Shown: positions 19,369-31,027 of the stretch, piece after piece | Position numbering within the stretch: the stretch's first letter is position 1 | Layout: each line of letters starts with the position of its first letter | Origin: Pseudomonadota bacterium | Lineage (GTDB): Bacteria; Pseudomonadota; Gammaproteobacteria; JAKAQQ01 | Length of the DNA: 64,000 bases | Direction: 5' to 3' | NCBI GenBank assembly: GCA_027338645.1 | Contig: DAHWSH010000011.1 | Coordinates: forward strand, 130,546-194,545 | Translations under genes and position numbers: made by a program | The notes under the pieces: model-generated | Seen by the model: the letters and a program-made list of their open reading frames with translations, nothing else | What the model was told of the DNA's origin: nothing | The model's database searches: none

Positions 19369-20922
19369 TTAGCGTCCGGTTTCCTTCCGATAGCGGTTGA
19401 TGACCTGGCGGAGTCCGGAGGCCACTTCGTCGTTATAATCCCCGGTCTCGTTGATTCGGCTGCAAAGCTTCGAATCCTGTTCGCGAAAAAAATCATGCAG
19501 GCCAGCCTCGAAGGCGCCGATCTCGGCAACCGGAACACCATCGAGATCTCCCTCGTTGACCGCGAACAGTGAAATCGCCATCTCCGCAATCGACAGCGGG
19601 CTGTATTGTTTTTGTTTCATGAGCTCCGTAACCCGTTGACCGCGCTCCAGCTGACGCCGGGTGATTTCATCGAGTTCCGATGCAAATTGAGAAAAAGCCG
19701 CCAATTCCCGATACTGGGCCAAGGCAAAACGGACCCCGCCTCCCAGCTTTTTGATGATTTTCGTCTGTGCCGCACCGCCAACACGGGAAACCGAGAGCCC
19801 GGCATTGATTGCGGGACGGATACCAGCGTTGAAGAGATCATTCTCAAGGTAGATCTGGCCGTCAGTGATGGAGATAACATTGGTTGGGATAAAGGCCGAA
19901 ACATCTCCGGCTTGTGTCTCGATGATAGGCAGTGCCGTGAGGGATCCGGTTCGACCTTTGACACGACCCCCGGTCCGCTGTTCCACTTCGCGGGCATTGA
20001 GGCGAGAGGCCCGTTCGAGCAGGCGGGAATGAAGGTAAAACACATCGCCCGGATAGGCCTCGCGGCCGGGTGGACGCTTCAGCAGAAGGGAGATCTGCCG
20101 GTAAGCCCAAGCGTGCTTGGTCAGGTCATCATAGACGATGAGTGCATCCTGTCCCTGATCGCGGAAGTACTCGCCCATGGTGCAACCAGCATAAGGCGCG
20201 ATGAACTGCAGTGCAGCCGACTCGGCCGCCGTGGCGGCAACCACGATGGTTCGCTTGAGGACATTGTGCTCTTCCAGCTTGCGCACCACTTGGGAAACGC
20301 TTGAGGCTTTTTGTCCGATCGCCACATAAACGCAGAAAAGATCTGTGTTCCGCTGGTTGATGATCGTATCGATAGCCAGTGCCGTTTTTCCCGTCTGGCG
20401 GTCGCCAATAATCAACTCACGCTGCCCTCGACCGATCGGCACCATCGCATCGATCGCCTTGAGTCCGGTCTGGACCGGCTGAGCCACTGACTGTCGGGCA
20501 ATGACACCCGGCGCGACTTTCTCGATCGGGGCGCGCTGGGTTTCGGGTAGGGGCGATCCGCCATCCAAGGCCCGGCCCAGTGGATCCACAACGCGGCCAA
20601 GAAGCTCAAGGCCTACTGGAACCTCAAGGATCCGGCCCGTTGCCCGTACCTCTTGTCCTTCGGTCAACTGCTCGTAGTTGCCAAGAACTACGGCCCCAAC
20701 GGCATCGCGTTCCAGGTTGAGAGCAAGCCCCGCACTCCCGCCCGGAAATTCGAGCATCTCGCCGTAGCGAACCCCGCCGAGGCCATAAATTCGGACGATG
20801 CCGTCGGCGACGCTCACAACCGTACCGACTTCCCGTTCGTCGACGCCCGCCTCGAAGCGCTGGATGCGCTCCTTGAGCAGGGAACTGATTTCAGCGGGAC
20901 TGAGCTGAACAGAATCACTCAT
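19369..20922 (-). CDS. atpA: ATP synthase F1 alpha subunit
   Basis: 517 aa; P-loop GDRQTGKT. Confidence 0.98.
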   Translation of the reverse strand: MSDSVQLSPAEISSLLKERIQRFEAGVDEREVGTVVSVADGIVRIYGLGGVRYGEMLEFPGGSAGLALNLERDAVGAVVLGNYEQLTEGQEVRATGRILEVPVGLELLGRVVDPLGRALDGGSPLPETQRAPIEKVAPGVIARQSVAQPVQTGLKAIDAMVPIGRGQRELIIGDRQTGKTALAIDTIINQRNTDLFCVYVAIGQKASSVSQVVRKLEEHNVLKRTIVVAATAAESAALQFIAPYAGCTMGEYFRDQGQDALIVYDDLTKHAWAYRQISLLLKRPPGREAYPGDVFYLHSRLLERASRLNAREVEQRTGGRVKGRTGSLTALPIIETQAGDVSAFIPTNVISITDGQIYLENDLFNAGIRPAINAGLSVSRVGGAAQTKIIKKLGGGVRFALAQYRELAAFSQFASELDEITRRQLERGQRVTELMKQKQYSPLSIAEMAISLFAVNEGDLDGVPVAEIGAFEAGLHDFFREQDSKLCSRINETGDYNDEVASGLRQVINRYRKETGR

Positions 20923-20926
20923 GAGA

Positions 20927-21478
20927 TCAACCTCTGGAATACTGCAATGGCCGAGTCAAGGCCCGTGAAAGTAGGACAAGATGCCCACGGACCGATCCGT
21001 CCCAGACGCGGTCCCCGATCCGGATCTGAGCTCCTCCGATCAGGGCAGGGTCAACCCGGAAAACCAAGTGGACTCGCCGGCCCAGTTTTTTTGCGAACCC
21101 AACACTCCACTTTGTTTTCTCTGCTTCGTCGACCGCCATCGCCGTGGTAACCTCACATTCGGTTTCGGAAGCTGCTGCCCGTTTTATCTCTGCGTAAAGT
21201 GAGGCGATATCGCCGATCTCCTTCCAGCGTTGATGGGCAATCAAAAGCATTAGGAAATTGCGTTCCCGGATATCGAGCCGACGAGTCAATGCCAGCTCCA
21301 GCACCCCAAGTCGATCCTCCGCGTCCGCGCGAGGGTGTGAGAGCACCCACCGAATTTCTGGCTGTTCCAGCGCAGACGCTAGATCGGTCAGGAAACGTTC
21401 CCAGCTGTCCAGCTGATTTTCAGAGACCGCAATCTCGAAAACTGCCCGGGCATAAGGCCGCGCGAGAGTCCGGCTCAT
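20927..21478 (-). CDS. atpH: ATP synthase F1 delta subunit
   Basis: 183 aa; [18 protein letters not shown]-terminus (OSCP family). Confidence 0.9.
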   Translation of the reverse strand: MSRTLARPYARAVFEIAVSENQLDSWERFLTDLASALEQPEIRWVLSHPRADAEDRLGVLELALTRRLDIRERNFLMLLIAHQRWKEIGDIASLYAEIKRAAASETECEVTTAMAVDEAEKTKWSVGFAKKLGRRVHLVFRVDPALIGGAQIRIGDRVWDGSVRGHLVLLSRALTRPLQYSRG

Positions 21479-21948
21479 TGCAGGCGCTCCGCAGCGGCCC
21501 TCAGAAGCTCCGCATGCCGCCTGGGATCGATTTCCTTCTCTAGGATTTTTTGCGCAATTTCAATGGACAGCACGGCCAGCTGGTCCTTGAGATGCTCTTG
21601 CGCACGTTCCACTTCGACCTCCAATTCTTGATGTCCCTGCTCCAGAATCCGCTTCACCTGTTCTTGGGCACTTTTTTGAGCTTGGTCCACAAGGTGGCCA
21701 GCTCTGTGCTGGGCCGTTTCGACGATCGTTGAGGCTTCCTGACGGGCTTCCCGAAGGATAGAGACAGCCTTCTCCCGTGCCAGTTCCAAATCCCTTACAG
21801 CCCGTTCAGCCGCGGCCAGTCCATCCGCGATCTTCTTCTCACGTTCAGCCATGGCCCGGCTCAGGGGGGGCCAGATATAACGCATCGTGATCCAAACAAA
21901 TAGTGCAAAAGCCAGGACTTCAGATGCGAAAGTGAGGTCAAGGTTCAT
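21475..21948 (-). CDS. atpF: ATP synthase Fo subunit b
   Basis: 157 aa; single N-terminal transmembrane helix plus a long charged coiled coil. Confidence 0.9.
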   Translation of the reverse strand: MNLDLTFASEVLAFALFVWITMRYIWPPLSRAMAEREKKIADGLAAAERAVRDLELAREKAVSILREARQEASTIVETAQHRAGHLVDQAQKSAQEQVKRILEQGHQELEVEVERAQEHLKDQLAVLSIEIAQKILEKEIDPRRHAELLRAAAERLQ

Positions 21949-21987
21949 GGTATTCCTCCCGGAAGAAGCCTCTCGATGGCAACCCGT

Positions 21988-23475
<1,488 letters not shown>

Positions 23476-23582
23476 GCCTCTCTCTCTCCCCACCCAGATC
23501 GCAGGAGGCCTTCCCTGTGCCCATTTTAGGACCCGGCAAGGCACGATTATCCGTGTATTTTAGGGCAATGTCCCCAATCCGA

Positions 23583-24473
23583 TCAAGTCCCGCGGCGGTA
23601 ACCCAGTCGACTCAATAAGGCTTCGAAATCATCAAGCCCCTTGAAATGAATGAGTACCCGGCCGGTTTTTCCCTGAACACCCGATGTTTCGACTTCGACA
23701 CGCCGTCCCAGATGCTCGGTTAGCCCCCGCTCCAGCCGGAGCCGGTCTGCGTCCCGGGACTTTTTATCCACAGCTCTCGATTCACCTCCTGCTGCCTCCT
23801 TCGGGCCTTGGATGCGCTTCAGGTAACGCTCTGTCTGTCGCACATTGAGGGCATTCTCTGCGATGTAGCGCGCGGCCTCATCCTGTGCAGAACCCGTGAC
23901 CGACAGCAAAGCCCGGGCATGGCCCATCTCAAGTCGGCCTGACTGCAAAAGCTCACGGGCCACCGGACGAAGGTCGAGAAGCCGTAGGAGATTGGTGACC
24001 CCAGCGCGTGAGCGTCCCACCGTTTCTGCCACTTGCTCATGGGTCATGTGGAACTCGGTCACCAGCTGTTTCAGGGCGAATGCTTCTTCCAGCGGATGGA
24101 GATCGGTTCGTTGGAGATTCTCGATCAGGGCTACCTGCAGGGCAGCCGAATCATCCAACGTCCGGATAATCACGGGCACCTCGAGTTGGCCGGCAATCTG
24201 CGCCGCACGCCAGCGTCTCTCGCCGGCGATGATCTCGTAGTGGTTGGGTTCAGCCAAACGCCGCACGAGGATGGGCTGCAAGATCCCCTGTGTGCGGATG
24301 GACTGCGCCAGTTCGAGCAGTTGCTCACGGGGGATGTCACGACGTGGCTGGTAGTGGCCCGGCACGAGGTACTCGACGGGTAGCAACTCCAAGCTTTCGG
24401 AAATGGAGGACTCTTCCTGCTGTCCAAGAATCGCCGACAAGGACCGGTTCAGGGGACGGCGCTTCATGGACAT
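23583..24473 (-). CDS. parB: Chromosome partitioning protein ParB
   Basis: Start MSMKRRPLNRSLSAILG 4 nt after the parA stop; ParB box GERRWRAAQIAG and HTH domain. The track ORF extends further into parA. Confidence 0.93.
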   Translation of the reverse strand: MSMKRRPLNRSLSAILGQQEESSISESLELLPVEYLVPGHYQPRRDIPREQLLELAQSIRTQGILQPILVRRLAEPNHYEIIAGERRWRAAQIAGQLEVPVIIRTLDDSAALQVALIENLQRTDLHPLEEAFALKQLVTEFHMTHEQVAETVGRSRAGVTNLLRLLDLRPVARELLQSGRLEMGHARALLSVTGSAQDEAARYIAENALNVRQTERYLKRIQGPKEAAGGESRAVDKKSRDADRLRLERGLTEHLGRRVEVETSGVQGKTGRVLIHFKGLDDFEALLSRLGYRRGT

Positions 24474-24477
24474 GGAT

Positions 24478-25290
24478 CTAACTCCCGCGCTCGGTACCGG
24501 CCATTCTATCAGCGCCTTGTCCGACGGGGAACCGTTCCAACTGTTCACTGGCAAGGGCGAGGTAGGCCATCGCACCACGAGAGGAAGGATCATAGACCTG
24601 GATGGGTACACCATGACTGGGTGCTTCTGCGAGCCGAACATTGCGTGGGATGACGGTTCGGTACACCTCGTTCCCAAAATGGACAATTAGTTGCGAGGAA
24701 ACCTCGTGGTGAAGACTGCTCCGGGCATCGAACATGGTTCGCAGAAGCCCCTCGATCTTGAGGCTTGGATTGAGGGCCTGCTGCACGGACCGGATGGTCT
24801 CAAGTAGGGAAGACAGGCCTTCCAGTGCGTAATACTCACATTGGATCGGAATGAGTACCCCGCTTGATGCGACCAAGGCGTTAACCGTCAGGATATTGAG
24901 CGAAGGGGGACAGTCGATCAGGATATCGTCGAATGGGACTCCGTCCTGAATCAGGTTTTTCAGGCGATTCTCGCCGGACCCTGAACGAGTGAGGGCAACC
25001 TCGGTCGCCGTGAGATCAGCATGTGCCGGCAATAGCTGGAAACGACCGGGCGGCACCCGAATGTCTACCAGGGCTTCAGACAGTTTAATCCGTCCCCCGA
25101 GCACTGCATCGGAGCCTGCCCGCAAGCGCCGCTTGTCGATTCCGAGACCGGTTGTGGCATTGGCCTGGGGATCCAAGTCAACGAGAAGAACGTGCCGCCG
25201 ATAGGCTGCAAGGGCAGCCGCTAAATTAATCGCCGTTGTGGTCTTGCCAACCCCACCTTTTTGATTGGCAATAGCCAATACCCGACTCAT
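24478..25290 (-). CDS. parA: Chromosome partitioning ATPase ParA (Soj)
   Basis: 270 aa; deviant Walker A KGGVGKTT. Confidence 0.96.
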   Translation of the reverse strand: MSRVLAIANQKGGVGKTTTAINLAAALAAYRRHVLLVDLDPQANATTGLGIDKRRLRAGSDAVLGGRIKLSEALVDIRVPPGRFQLLPAHADLTATEVALTRSGSGENRLKNLIQDGVPFDDILIDCPPSLNILTVNALVASSGVLIPIQCEYYALEGLSSLLETIRSVQQALNPSLKIEGLLRTMFDARSSLHHEVSSQLIVHFGNEVYRTVIPRNVRLAEAPSHGVPIQVYDPSSRGAMAYLALASEQLERFPVGQGADRMAGTERGS

Positions 25291-25380
25291 GGTCCGGTCC
25301 CCCGAACGGATCTGCCGATCCGGTTCACTCTATCATGGACTAAGCGAAGGGTCAGGGGTTGCCCCCCGACGAATCCGGGT

Positions 25381-26010
25381 TCAGCGACGGAGATCAAGAA
25401 CGTGCCGATGGGTATCGTGGCCATCCATCCAGACCTGCCAGATGGCAGTCACATGCCATCGTGAATCGGGAGCAAGCCATTCGCCTGGTGGCCGTTCCCC
25501 TTTCATCGCCAGCCACTGGTCTTCCGGGTCACACCAAGCTGTCGTAACGTCAAGAAAATACGAGAGTGGACCGAGGGCTCGGCTCATCAATGTAGCTGGC
25601 CCACTCCGAGGCTTACGAGGCAATCGTTCCGCTCGCAGATTCTGGATTTCGAGATTCTCGACGTTGAGCCGGCGTTTGACGTGATCCAGAAAAAGGGCTT
25701 TTTTCCGGTTAGCCTCGATCAGGCAATAAAGACGCTCCGGATCGGCGAGCGCCAGTACCAGGCCTGGGAATCCGGCGCCACTTCCAACATCAATTCCGAT
25801 CTGCCCCATGATGAGCGGTTGCAGGGCCAAGCTATCGTAGATATGCCGTGGCCAGAGCCGGGATCCTTCTCGGGCGCCCATCAAGTTATAGCCCTGACTC
25901 CATTGCAAAAGAAGATCAACAAAGGATTCCAAGCGATCCCGAGTCGCCTTTGGGATTTCCTCTGAAGAAAACTCGAGCCGTTGCGGTTGGAACGGTTTCC
26001 CGACGTTCAT
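25381..26010 (-). CDS. rsmG: 16S rRNA (guanine527-N7)-methyltransferase RsmG (GidB)
   Basis: Start at the internal M (MNVGKPFQPQRLEF...); SAM motif IDVGSGAGFPG. The track ORF 25381..26124 is over-extended. Confidence 0.9.
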   Translation of the reverse strand: MNVGKPFQPQRLEFSSEEIPKATRDRLESFVDLLLQWSQGYNLMGAREGSRLWPRHIYDSLALQPLIMGQIGIDVGSGAGFPGLVLALADPERLYCLIEANRKKALFLDHVKRRLNVENLEIQNLRAERLPRKPRSGPATLMSRALGPLSYFLDVTTAWCDPEDQWLAMKGERPPGEWLAPDSRWHVTAIWQVWMDGHDTHRHVLDLRR

Positions 26011-26029
26011 CGAACCTCCGACGATCGGC

Positions 26030-28447
26030 TCAGCCGGCCTGTTCTGCCTGCATGTGTTTTTCGAGGTCGAGCACGCGCAGCGTGGTGGCCACCACCGTGT
26101 CCGGGTTGAGGCTGATTGAGTCAATCCCCTGTTGGATCAGGAAATCGGCCATCTCCGGGTAATCCGATGGAGCCTGGCCACACAGGCCAGAGTGAATCCC
26201 GTTACGACGACAACCCAGGACGGCCTGTCTGATCGTTTCCAGAACAGCCGGATCCCGTTCGTCGTACTCGAAAGCCACCATGGCAGAGTCCCGATCCACG
26301 CCGAGCGTCAACTGGGTCAAGTCGTTGCTCCCAATCGAGAATCCATCAAAGCGCTTGGCAAATCCATCGATCAGGATCACGTTGCTCGGCACCTCGCACA
26401 TGGCATAGAGGCGAAGCCCCCGTTGCCCACGAACCAGCCCAAGATCAGCCATCCGGGCGAGAACCTGATCTGCCTCTTCAAGACGCCGAACAAAGGGAAT
26501 CATGAGAATCACGTTCTCGAATCCCCAATCTTCTCGAACCCGACGCATTGCCGTACACTCCAGCGCGAAACCTTCGCGATAGGCTGGATGATCGTAGCGA
26601 GAGGCTCCCCGGAAGCCGAGCATGGGATTTTCCTCGGTGGGCTCGAAACTCCGACCCCCGAGCAGCGAGGCATATTCGTTTGACTTGAAGTCCGACATGC
26701 GAACCACGACCGGCTTGGGCCAGAAGGCAGCGGCGATGGTCCCAATTCCCTGTGCCAGCCGTTCCACAAAAAAGTCCTCCGGGCGGTCATATCCCCTGAC
26801 GAGGCTTGCCAACGCAGCCCGATCCCGCGCATCAGTAACCCGATCTGGATGAAGCAGGGCCATGGGGTGGGCCCGGATACTGCTGCTGATGATAAACTCC
26901 ATCCGGGCCAGCCCAACCCCGTCGTTGGGGAGGAAACTGGTCTGAAAGGCGATATCCGGATTGCCCAGATTGACCATGATCCGGGTCTTGGGGCGCGGGA
27001 CCGCCTCGAGATCGGTGCGCCGGATCTCAAAGGGCAGAATGCCGTCATAAACCACCCCGTCATCCCCTTCGGCACACGAAACGGTAATTGCCGTGTGGTC
27101 ACGGAGCCGGGTCGTGGCCTCCCCGGTGCCGACAATCGCTGGAATTCCGAGCTCTCTAGCAATGATCGCCGCATGGCAGGTACGCCCGCCACGGTCGGTC
27201 ACGATGGCCGCGGCCCGTTTCATGACCGGCTCCCAATCCGGGGTTGTGGTTTCAGAAACAAGGACGTCTCCTGGCTTGAAACCAGCAAGATCCTCCATCG
27301 ATTCGATGACCCGAGGCGAACCCGTGGCAATCCGGGTCCCCACCGCGCGCCCCCGGACCAGGAGGGTTCCGGTTTGTTTCAGGTGAAATTCCTCGAGGAT
27401 TTGCCGGGGCTTGCGCGATGCCACCGTTTCAGGCCGAGCCTGGACCAAGTAGAGGTGGCCATCAAGTCCGTCCTTGGCCCATTCAATATCCATAGGACGG
27501 TCTTCTCCGGCCTTGCGACTGTAATGGGCTTCTACCCGCAGGGCGTACTCGGTCAGGACGAAGATTTCCTCGTCTGTCAGACAGAAGCCATCCCGTTCAG
27601 CTTCGGTCGTTTCCTGAATCCGGGTTCCGGAATGCCCTGATGAACCGGCATAGACCATCTTGATCTGTTTCCCCCCCTGCCGGCGACGGAGTACAGCACG
27701 GTGTCCCTGTTGAAAGGTCGGTTTGAAGACATAAAACTCATCCGGTTCCACCTGGCCTTGGACCAGGGTTTCGCCGAGCCCCCAAGTTGCCGTGATAAAA
27801 ACCACCTCCCGGAACCCGCTCTCCGTATCCAGCGTAAAAAGAACCCCACTCGAAGCCAGGTCCGAACGCACCATTTTCATGATCCCGATGGAAAGAGCCA
27901 CGTCGAATTGTCCGTAGCCTTGTCGGGCACGATAGTGGATCGCCCGATCTGTAAACAGACTCGCAAAACAGTGCCGGCAGGACTCGAGCACGGCGGGTTC
28001 GCCCTGGATGTTGAGATAGGTCTCCTGCTGCCCAGCAAAACTTGCCTGTGGTAGATCCTCTGCCGTAGCCGAGGATCGAACCGCCACGGTCAGTTCTGGC
28101 CCATACTCCTCCCTCAGGTGTCCATAGGCCTCAAGAATTTCCTGTTCCACAGCCACTGGCAGGCCGGCGCCATAAAGGATTTCACGGGCCCGGGCCCCAC
28201 GCTCCGCCAGATCGGTCACCTGGTCCAGGTCAAGCCCGGACAAGGCTCGTTCCAGTTCCCTACGGGTATTCCCATGGTCGAGAACCGCCCGGTAAGCATC
28301 GGCGGTCACGGCAAAGCCGTTGGGAATACGGATACCCTGTGGCCTGAGTTCACGATAGATTTCTCCCAGTGACGCATTTTTGCCGCCCACAAGGAGCAGG
28401 TCCCCCAATCCGATCTCTTCGAAAAAACGAATGTATCGCATGCTCAT
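26030..28447 (-). CDS. ppsA: Phosphoenolpyruvate synthase
   Basis: 805 aa; N-terminal VGGKNASLGE, phosphohistidine domain GGRTCHAAIIARELGIPAIVG, C-terminal PEP-utilising domain. Confidence 0.96.
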   Translation of the reverse strand: MSMRYIRFFEEIGLGDLLLVGGKNASLGEIYRELRPQGIRIPNGFAVTADAYRAVLDHGNTRRELERALSGLDLDQVTDLAERGARAREILYGAGLPVAVEQEILEAYGHLREEYGPELTVAVRSSATAEDLPQASFAGQQETYLNIQGEPAVLESCRHCFASLFTDRAIHYRARQGYGQFDVALSIGIMKMVRSDLASSGVLFTLDTESGFREVVFITATWGLGETLVQGQVEPDEFYVFKPTFQQGHRAVLRRRQGGKQIKMVYAGSSGHSGTRIQETTEAERDGFCLTDEEIFVLTEYALRVEAHYSRKAGEDRPMDIEWAKDGLDGHLYLVQARPETVASRKPRQILEEFHLKQTGTLLVRGRAVGTRIATGSPRVIESMEDLAGFKPGDVLVSETTTPDWEPVMKRAAAIVTDRGGRTCHAAIIARELGIPAIVGTGEATTRLRDHTAITVSCAEGDDGVVYDGILPFEIRRTDLEAVPRPKTRIMVNLGNPDIAFQTSFLPNDGVGLARMEFIISSSIRAHPMALLHPDRVTDARDRAALASLVRGYDRPEDFFVERLAQGIGTIAAAFWPKPVVVRMSDFKSNEYASLLGGRSFEPTEENPMLGFRGASRYDHPAYREGFALECTAMRRVREDWGFENVILMIPFVRRLEEADQVLARMADLGLVRGQRGLRLYAMCEVPSNVILIDGFAKRFDGFSIGSNDLTQLTLGVDRDSAMVAFEYDERDPAVLETIRQAVLGCRRNGIHSGLCGQAPSDYPEMADFLIQQGIDSISLNPDTVVATTLRVLDLEKHMQAEQAG

Positions 28448-28510
28448 ATTTCCCCTTGTGGTACTTGGACATCCTCATGCCCCCATCCGACGTTACCCTT
28501 TCCACATCTC

Positions 28511-30256
28511 CTAGAAATTGACAATGTCCCCGATGACGATCGAACTCGCGGGAACTCCAGGAGCATGCACGGTCGGAAAGGCAATGGTCAGATAGTAAAC
28601 CTGCCCATAGGCGCTGCGGAGATCGCCGATCCGGATCCCCCCCCCCACATCCTGGTAGGTCTGGCTCCATCGGGACGGTGAGAGTTCTTCAATCCGGGCC
28701 CAATCCGCATAAACCACGAAACCGAGGACAAATGTGTGCCAAAACTGGATCGGCGTCACGATTCGGTCTTCGATCGTGCCCGACCAGAGACGCGTCCCCA
28801 GCCGGAAAAAATTGGGATAACCCCGGAGGCCCTGGATCCCGCCGATGTAAAGTAGGTTATCCGGCTCCGGGTTGACTTCGAACTGGTAGTCACCGTGGAG
28901 AACCAGTGTTTGATACGGTAGCATCTGGTTATAGTAGGTGCCCTGAATCTCGCCAACTTCATTCTGCCAAGCGTTCGCCTGCCGACGGGCTTCCCAGCTG
29001 GCAGACGCGAGGAGCAGGTCGTGTCCAAAAATCCGGGTTCCCGTATCGACCGAAAGGTTCAGGGTCGAGGACGACCCGAGACTACCGAGCCAGGAAGGAT
29101 CATAAGACCAGTTTGCATTGACGGTCCAGCCCAAGTTGTAATCCTCGACACGATCGATCAGCCGAATGTTCTCAAAGCTCCGGTATCGATCCTGGAAGAG
29201 CTGCCAACCCAAGGTCGGCCCGTTTTCTGTGCGGTCGATCAGCGCGAGGGGAAGCGCGCCATAGCCGGGTATCAGGCTAGGAGTGCCATAGCTTTCCGAA
29301 CGCCGACTCCATCCGACGAAGAAGCGTTCGCCCGTATCATGGGAAAATCCCAACAAGCGACCATAATCGACGCTGAAATCATTGATCCGGGTGGGAATGC
29401 TTTCGGTCAGTGTGCCATTTTCAAAAAAATCCAGGTTTTCCTGCTGGGAGGATCCGGTAAAGGTCAGTGCCCAAGGATCGCGATCGCGGTAGAAAGGACG
29501 GCCGACCGTCAGTTCCTTGAGAAATCCATCTGAAAAATGGTCATACTGGGCAAGACCCGTCCAACGGGTTCCCATAATGGCTGGATCTTCGTAGGCGAAG
29601 AGAGTTCCGCTTTGCTCGAAGGTTTTCTCCCAACCCACCGAGATTATTTTCCCGAGTCCGAGAAAGTCCGTATCCTTGATTTTGTAGTGGTACTCGCTTT
29701 GCCCCCCCACATGCGTGAACTGGAAGTTCGCCTTGAGCGTCCAGGCGTCCTTTTCGATGACCCGGACGTTGACCACATGTCCGTGGCAGCCATCCGGTTC
29801 GATGATGACGATGCGAACAAAAGGAAGTACGCGGAGGTTACGCTCGGTCTCGTAAAGGTTTCGGGCATTCACAGGCTCTCCTGACTTGAAGAGCAACTCG
29901 TTGCGGATCACGGCCGGGACTGTCTTGATATGAATGAAATTGGCAAGCCGTGCATACCACGTATTCTCACCTGGACGGGAGGTATTGAACACATTGACGA
30001 CCCGGATCCTGATCTTGCCAACCCGGTAATGCTGGCTCGTAAACCAGATCCACTGGTCGGCACCATACCAGGGCCCGGCAATAGGCGACAGCCCCGATGG
30101 TAGCAGGGCAAGACAACTGCGTGGTTCATGTGCATCAAGCACTGGCCGGGAGTGAGCGTTGACGACAGGCAACAACAGGATCCCCACCAGCCACCAGCAG
30201 GGAACTCCTGATACCCGCCGACCCTCACCGAGAACTCTGTTTCGCACAGATCTCAA
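28511..30256 (-). CDS. Omp85-superfamily outer-membrane transporter, TpsB/ShlB/FhaC-like (putative)
   Basis: 581 aa; signal peptide, POTRA-like N-terminal region (VGKIRIRVVNVF, VVNVRVIEKDAWTLKANFQF), beta-barrel with L6-loop signature GGIQGLRGY (residues 472-480; nt 28817..28828), C-terminal ...VNF. Confidence 0.55.
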   Translation of the reverse strand: MRSVRNRVLGEGRRVSGVPCWWLVGILLLPVVNAHSRPVLDAHEPRSCLALLPSGLSPIAGPWYGADQWIWFTSQHYRVGKIRIRVVNVFNTSRPGENTWYARLANFIHIKTVPAVIRNELLFKSGEPVNARNLYETERNLRVLPFVRIVIIEPDGCHGHVVNVRVIEKDAWTLKANFQFTHVGGQSEYHYKIKDTDFLGLGKIISVGWEKTFEQSGTLFAYEDPAIMGTRWTGLAQYDHFSDGFLKELTVGRPFYRDRDPWALTFTGSSQQENLDFFENGTLTESIPTRINDFSVDYGRLLGFSHDTGERFFVGWSRRSESYGTPSLIPGYGALPLALIDRTENGPTLGWQLFQDRYRSFENIRLIDRVEDYNLGWTVNANWSYDPSWLGSLGSSSTLNLSVDTGTRIFGHDLLLASASWEARRQANAWQNEVGEIQGTYYNQMLPYQTLVLHGDYQFEVNPEPDNLLYIGGIQGLRGYPNFFRLGTRLWSGTIEDRIVTPIQFWHTFVLGFVVYADWARIEELSPSRWSQTYQDVGGGIRIGDLRSAYGQVYYLTIAFPTVHAPGVPASSIVIGDIVNF

Positions 30257-30396
30257 AATTGGACTTTACCTCCACCTCAACGGGACCGGCCCACAGATCT
30301 GGCTGGGGCACAAAGCCCTTTCTGGAAACCCGGGAATCCCCATCGGGTACTGGTTTCATCCTGACATCCCGGCTTCCCACGCCGGAATTTCAAGGT

Positions 30397-30867
30397 TCAG
30401 GGATGTGCGGGGCCACCGATACAAGGGCCGATCCGGATACCGGTCACGCGAATCCGGTAGCTCATCTCAAGGGGTGTCTTCATCAGGGTATGAACCCACT
30501 CCTGTAACCGGGTCTTCTGGTAAATCATCCGTCCCTGGCTGACCAAATTCATATTCGCGGAATGGCATTCCATGGTCCAAGTCAGGATATTGCCAACCAT
30601 TTGGTGGTGTGTCACACGACACATGGATTTCTTGTAACCTACGGGCGGCAAGGACTTTGGCTGCCGCGACAGACAGGTGGTCTGGGTCTCCTGCCTTGCG
30701 GCTGAACCCGTTCCCTCTGTCACGACATGCAGACGCCACCGACCCGGCACGAAGTCGGAGTTGACAGGCGTGGCAGAAACCGGTACGACCGTCAACAAAA
30801 GGAGTAGAAGCGGCCCTCCAGTCCAGTTTACGAACCCTTCCCAGCCGAATTTTTTCGGGCACGTCAT
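30397..30867 (-). CDS. Secreted hypothetical protein (DUF3617-like)
   Basis: Start taken at MTCPKK...; hydrophobic signal LLLLLLTVVPVSA, followed by PGRWRL...TTCLS. Family recognised from memory only, so low certainty. Confidence 0.4.
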   Translation of the reverse strand: MTCPKKFGWEGFVNWTGGPLLLLLLTVVPVSATPVNSDFVPGRWRLHVVTEGTGSAARQETQTTCLSRQPKSLPPVGYKKSMCRVTHHQMVGNILTWTMECHSANMNLVSQGRMIYQKTRLQEWVHTLMKTPLEMSYRIRVTGIRIGPCIGGPAHP

Positions 30868-31027
30868 CTGAGGTTCTCCTCTCGGATCTTGACCGATGGA
30901 ATGGTGTGCCGCACTTTTCCACCGCCCTTTACCCGCTTTGGAAACGCGGAGCAATGCATCTGGACCTGGTACATTTCCAAGGCCTCCCATTGTACTGGAG
31001 AAAGACGGAATCCTGCGCCCATCGCAA

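Noticed and set aside
26849-27640. Long plus-strand ORFs antisense to real genes (e.g. 26849..27640 263 aa inside ppsA; 43266..44087 273 aa inside yidC; 38385..39086 233 aa inside mnmG; 19606..20304 232 aa inside atpA; 35174..35902 242 aa across prpB/acuI; 15937..16482; 29021..29533; 41514..42029; 36704..37306)
   Set aside because: Each lies wholly within a strongly conserved gene on the opposite strand. Their products are Arg/Pro/Gly/Ser-rich low-complexity sequences typical of spurious open frames in about 60% GC DNA, with no motifs.
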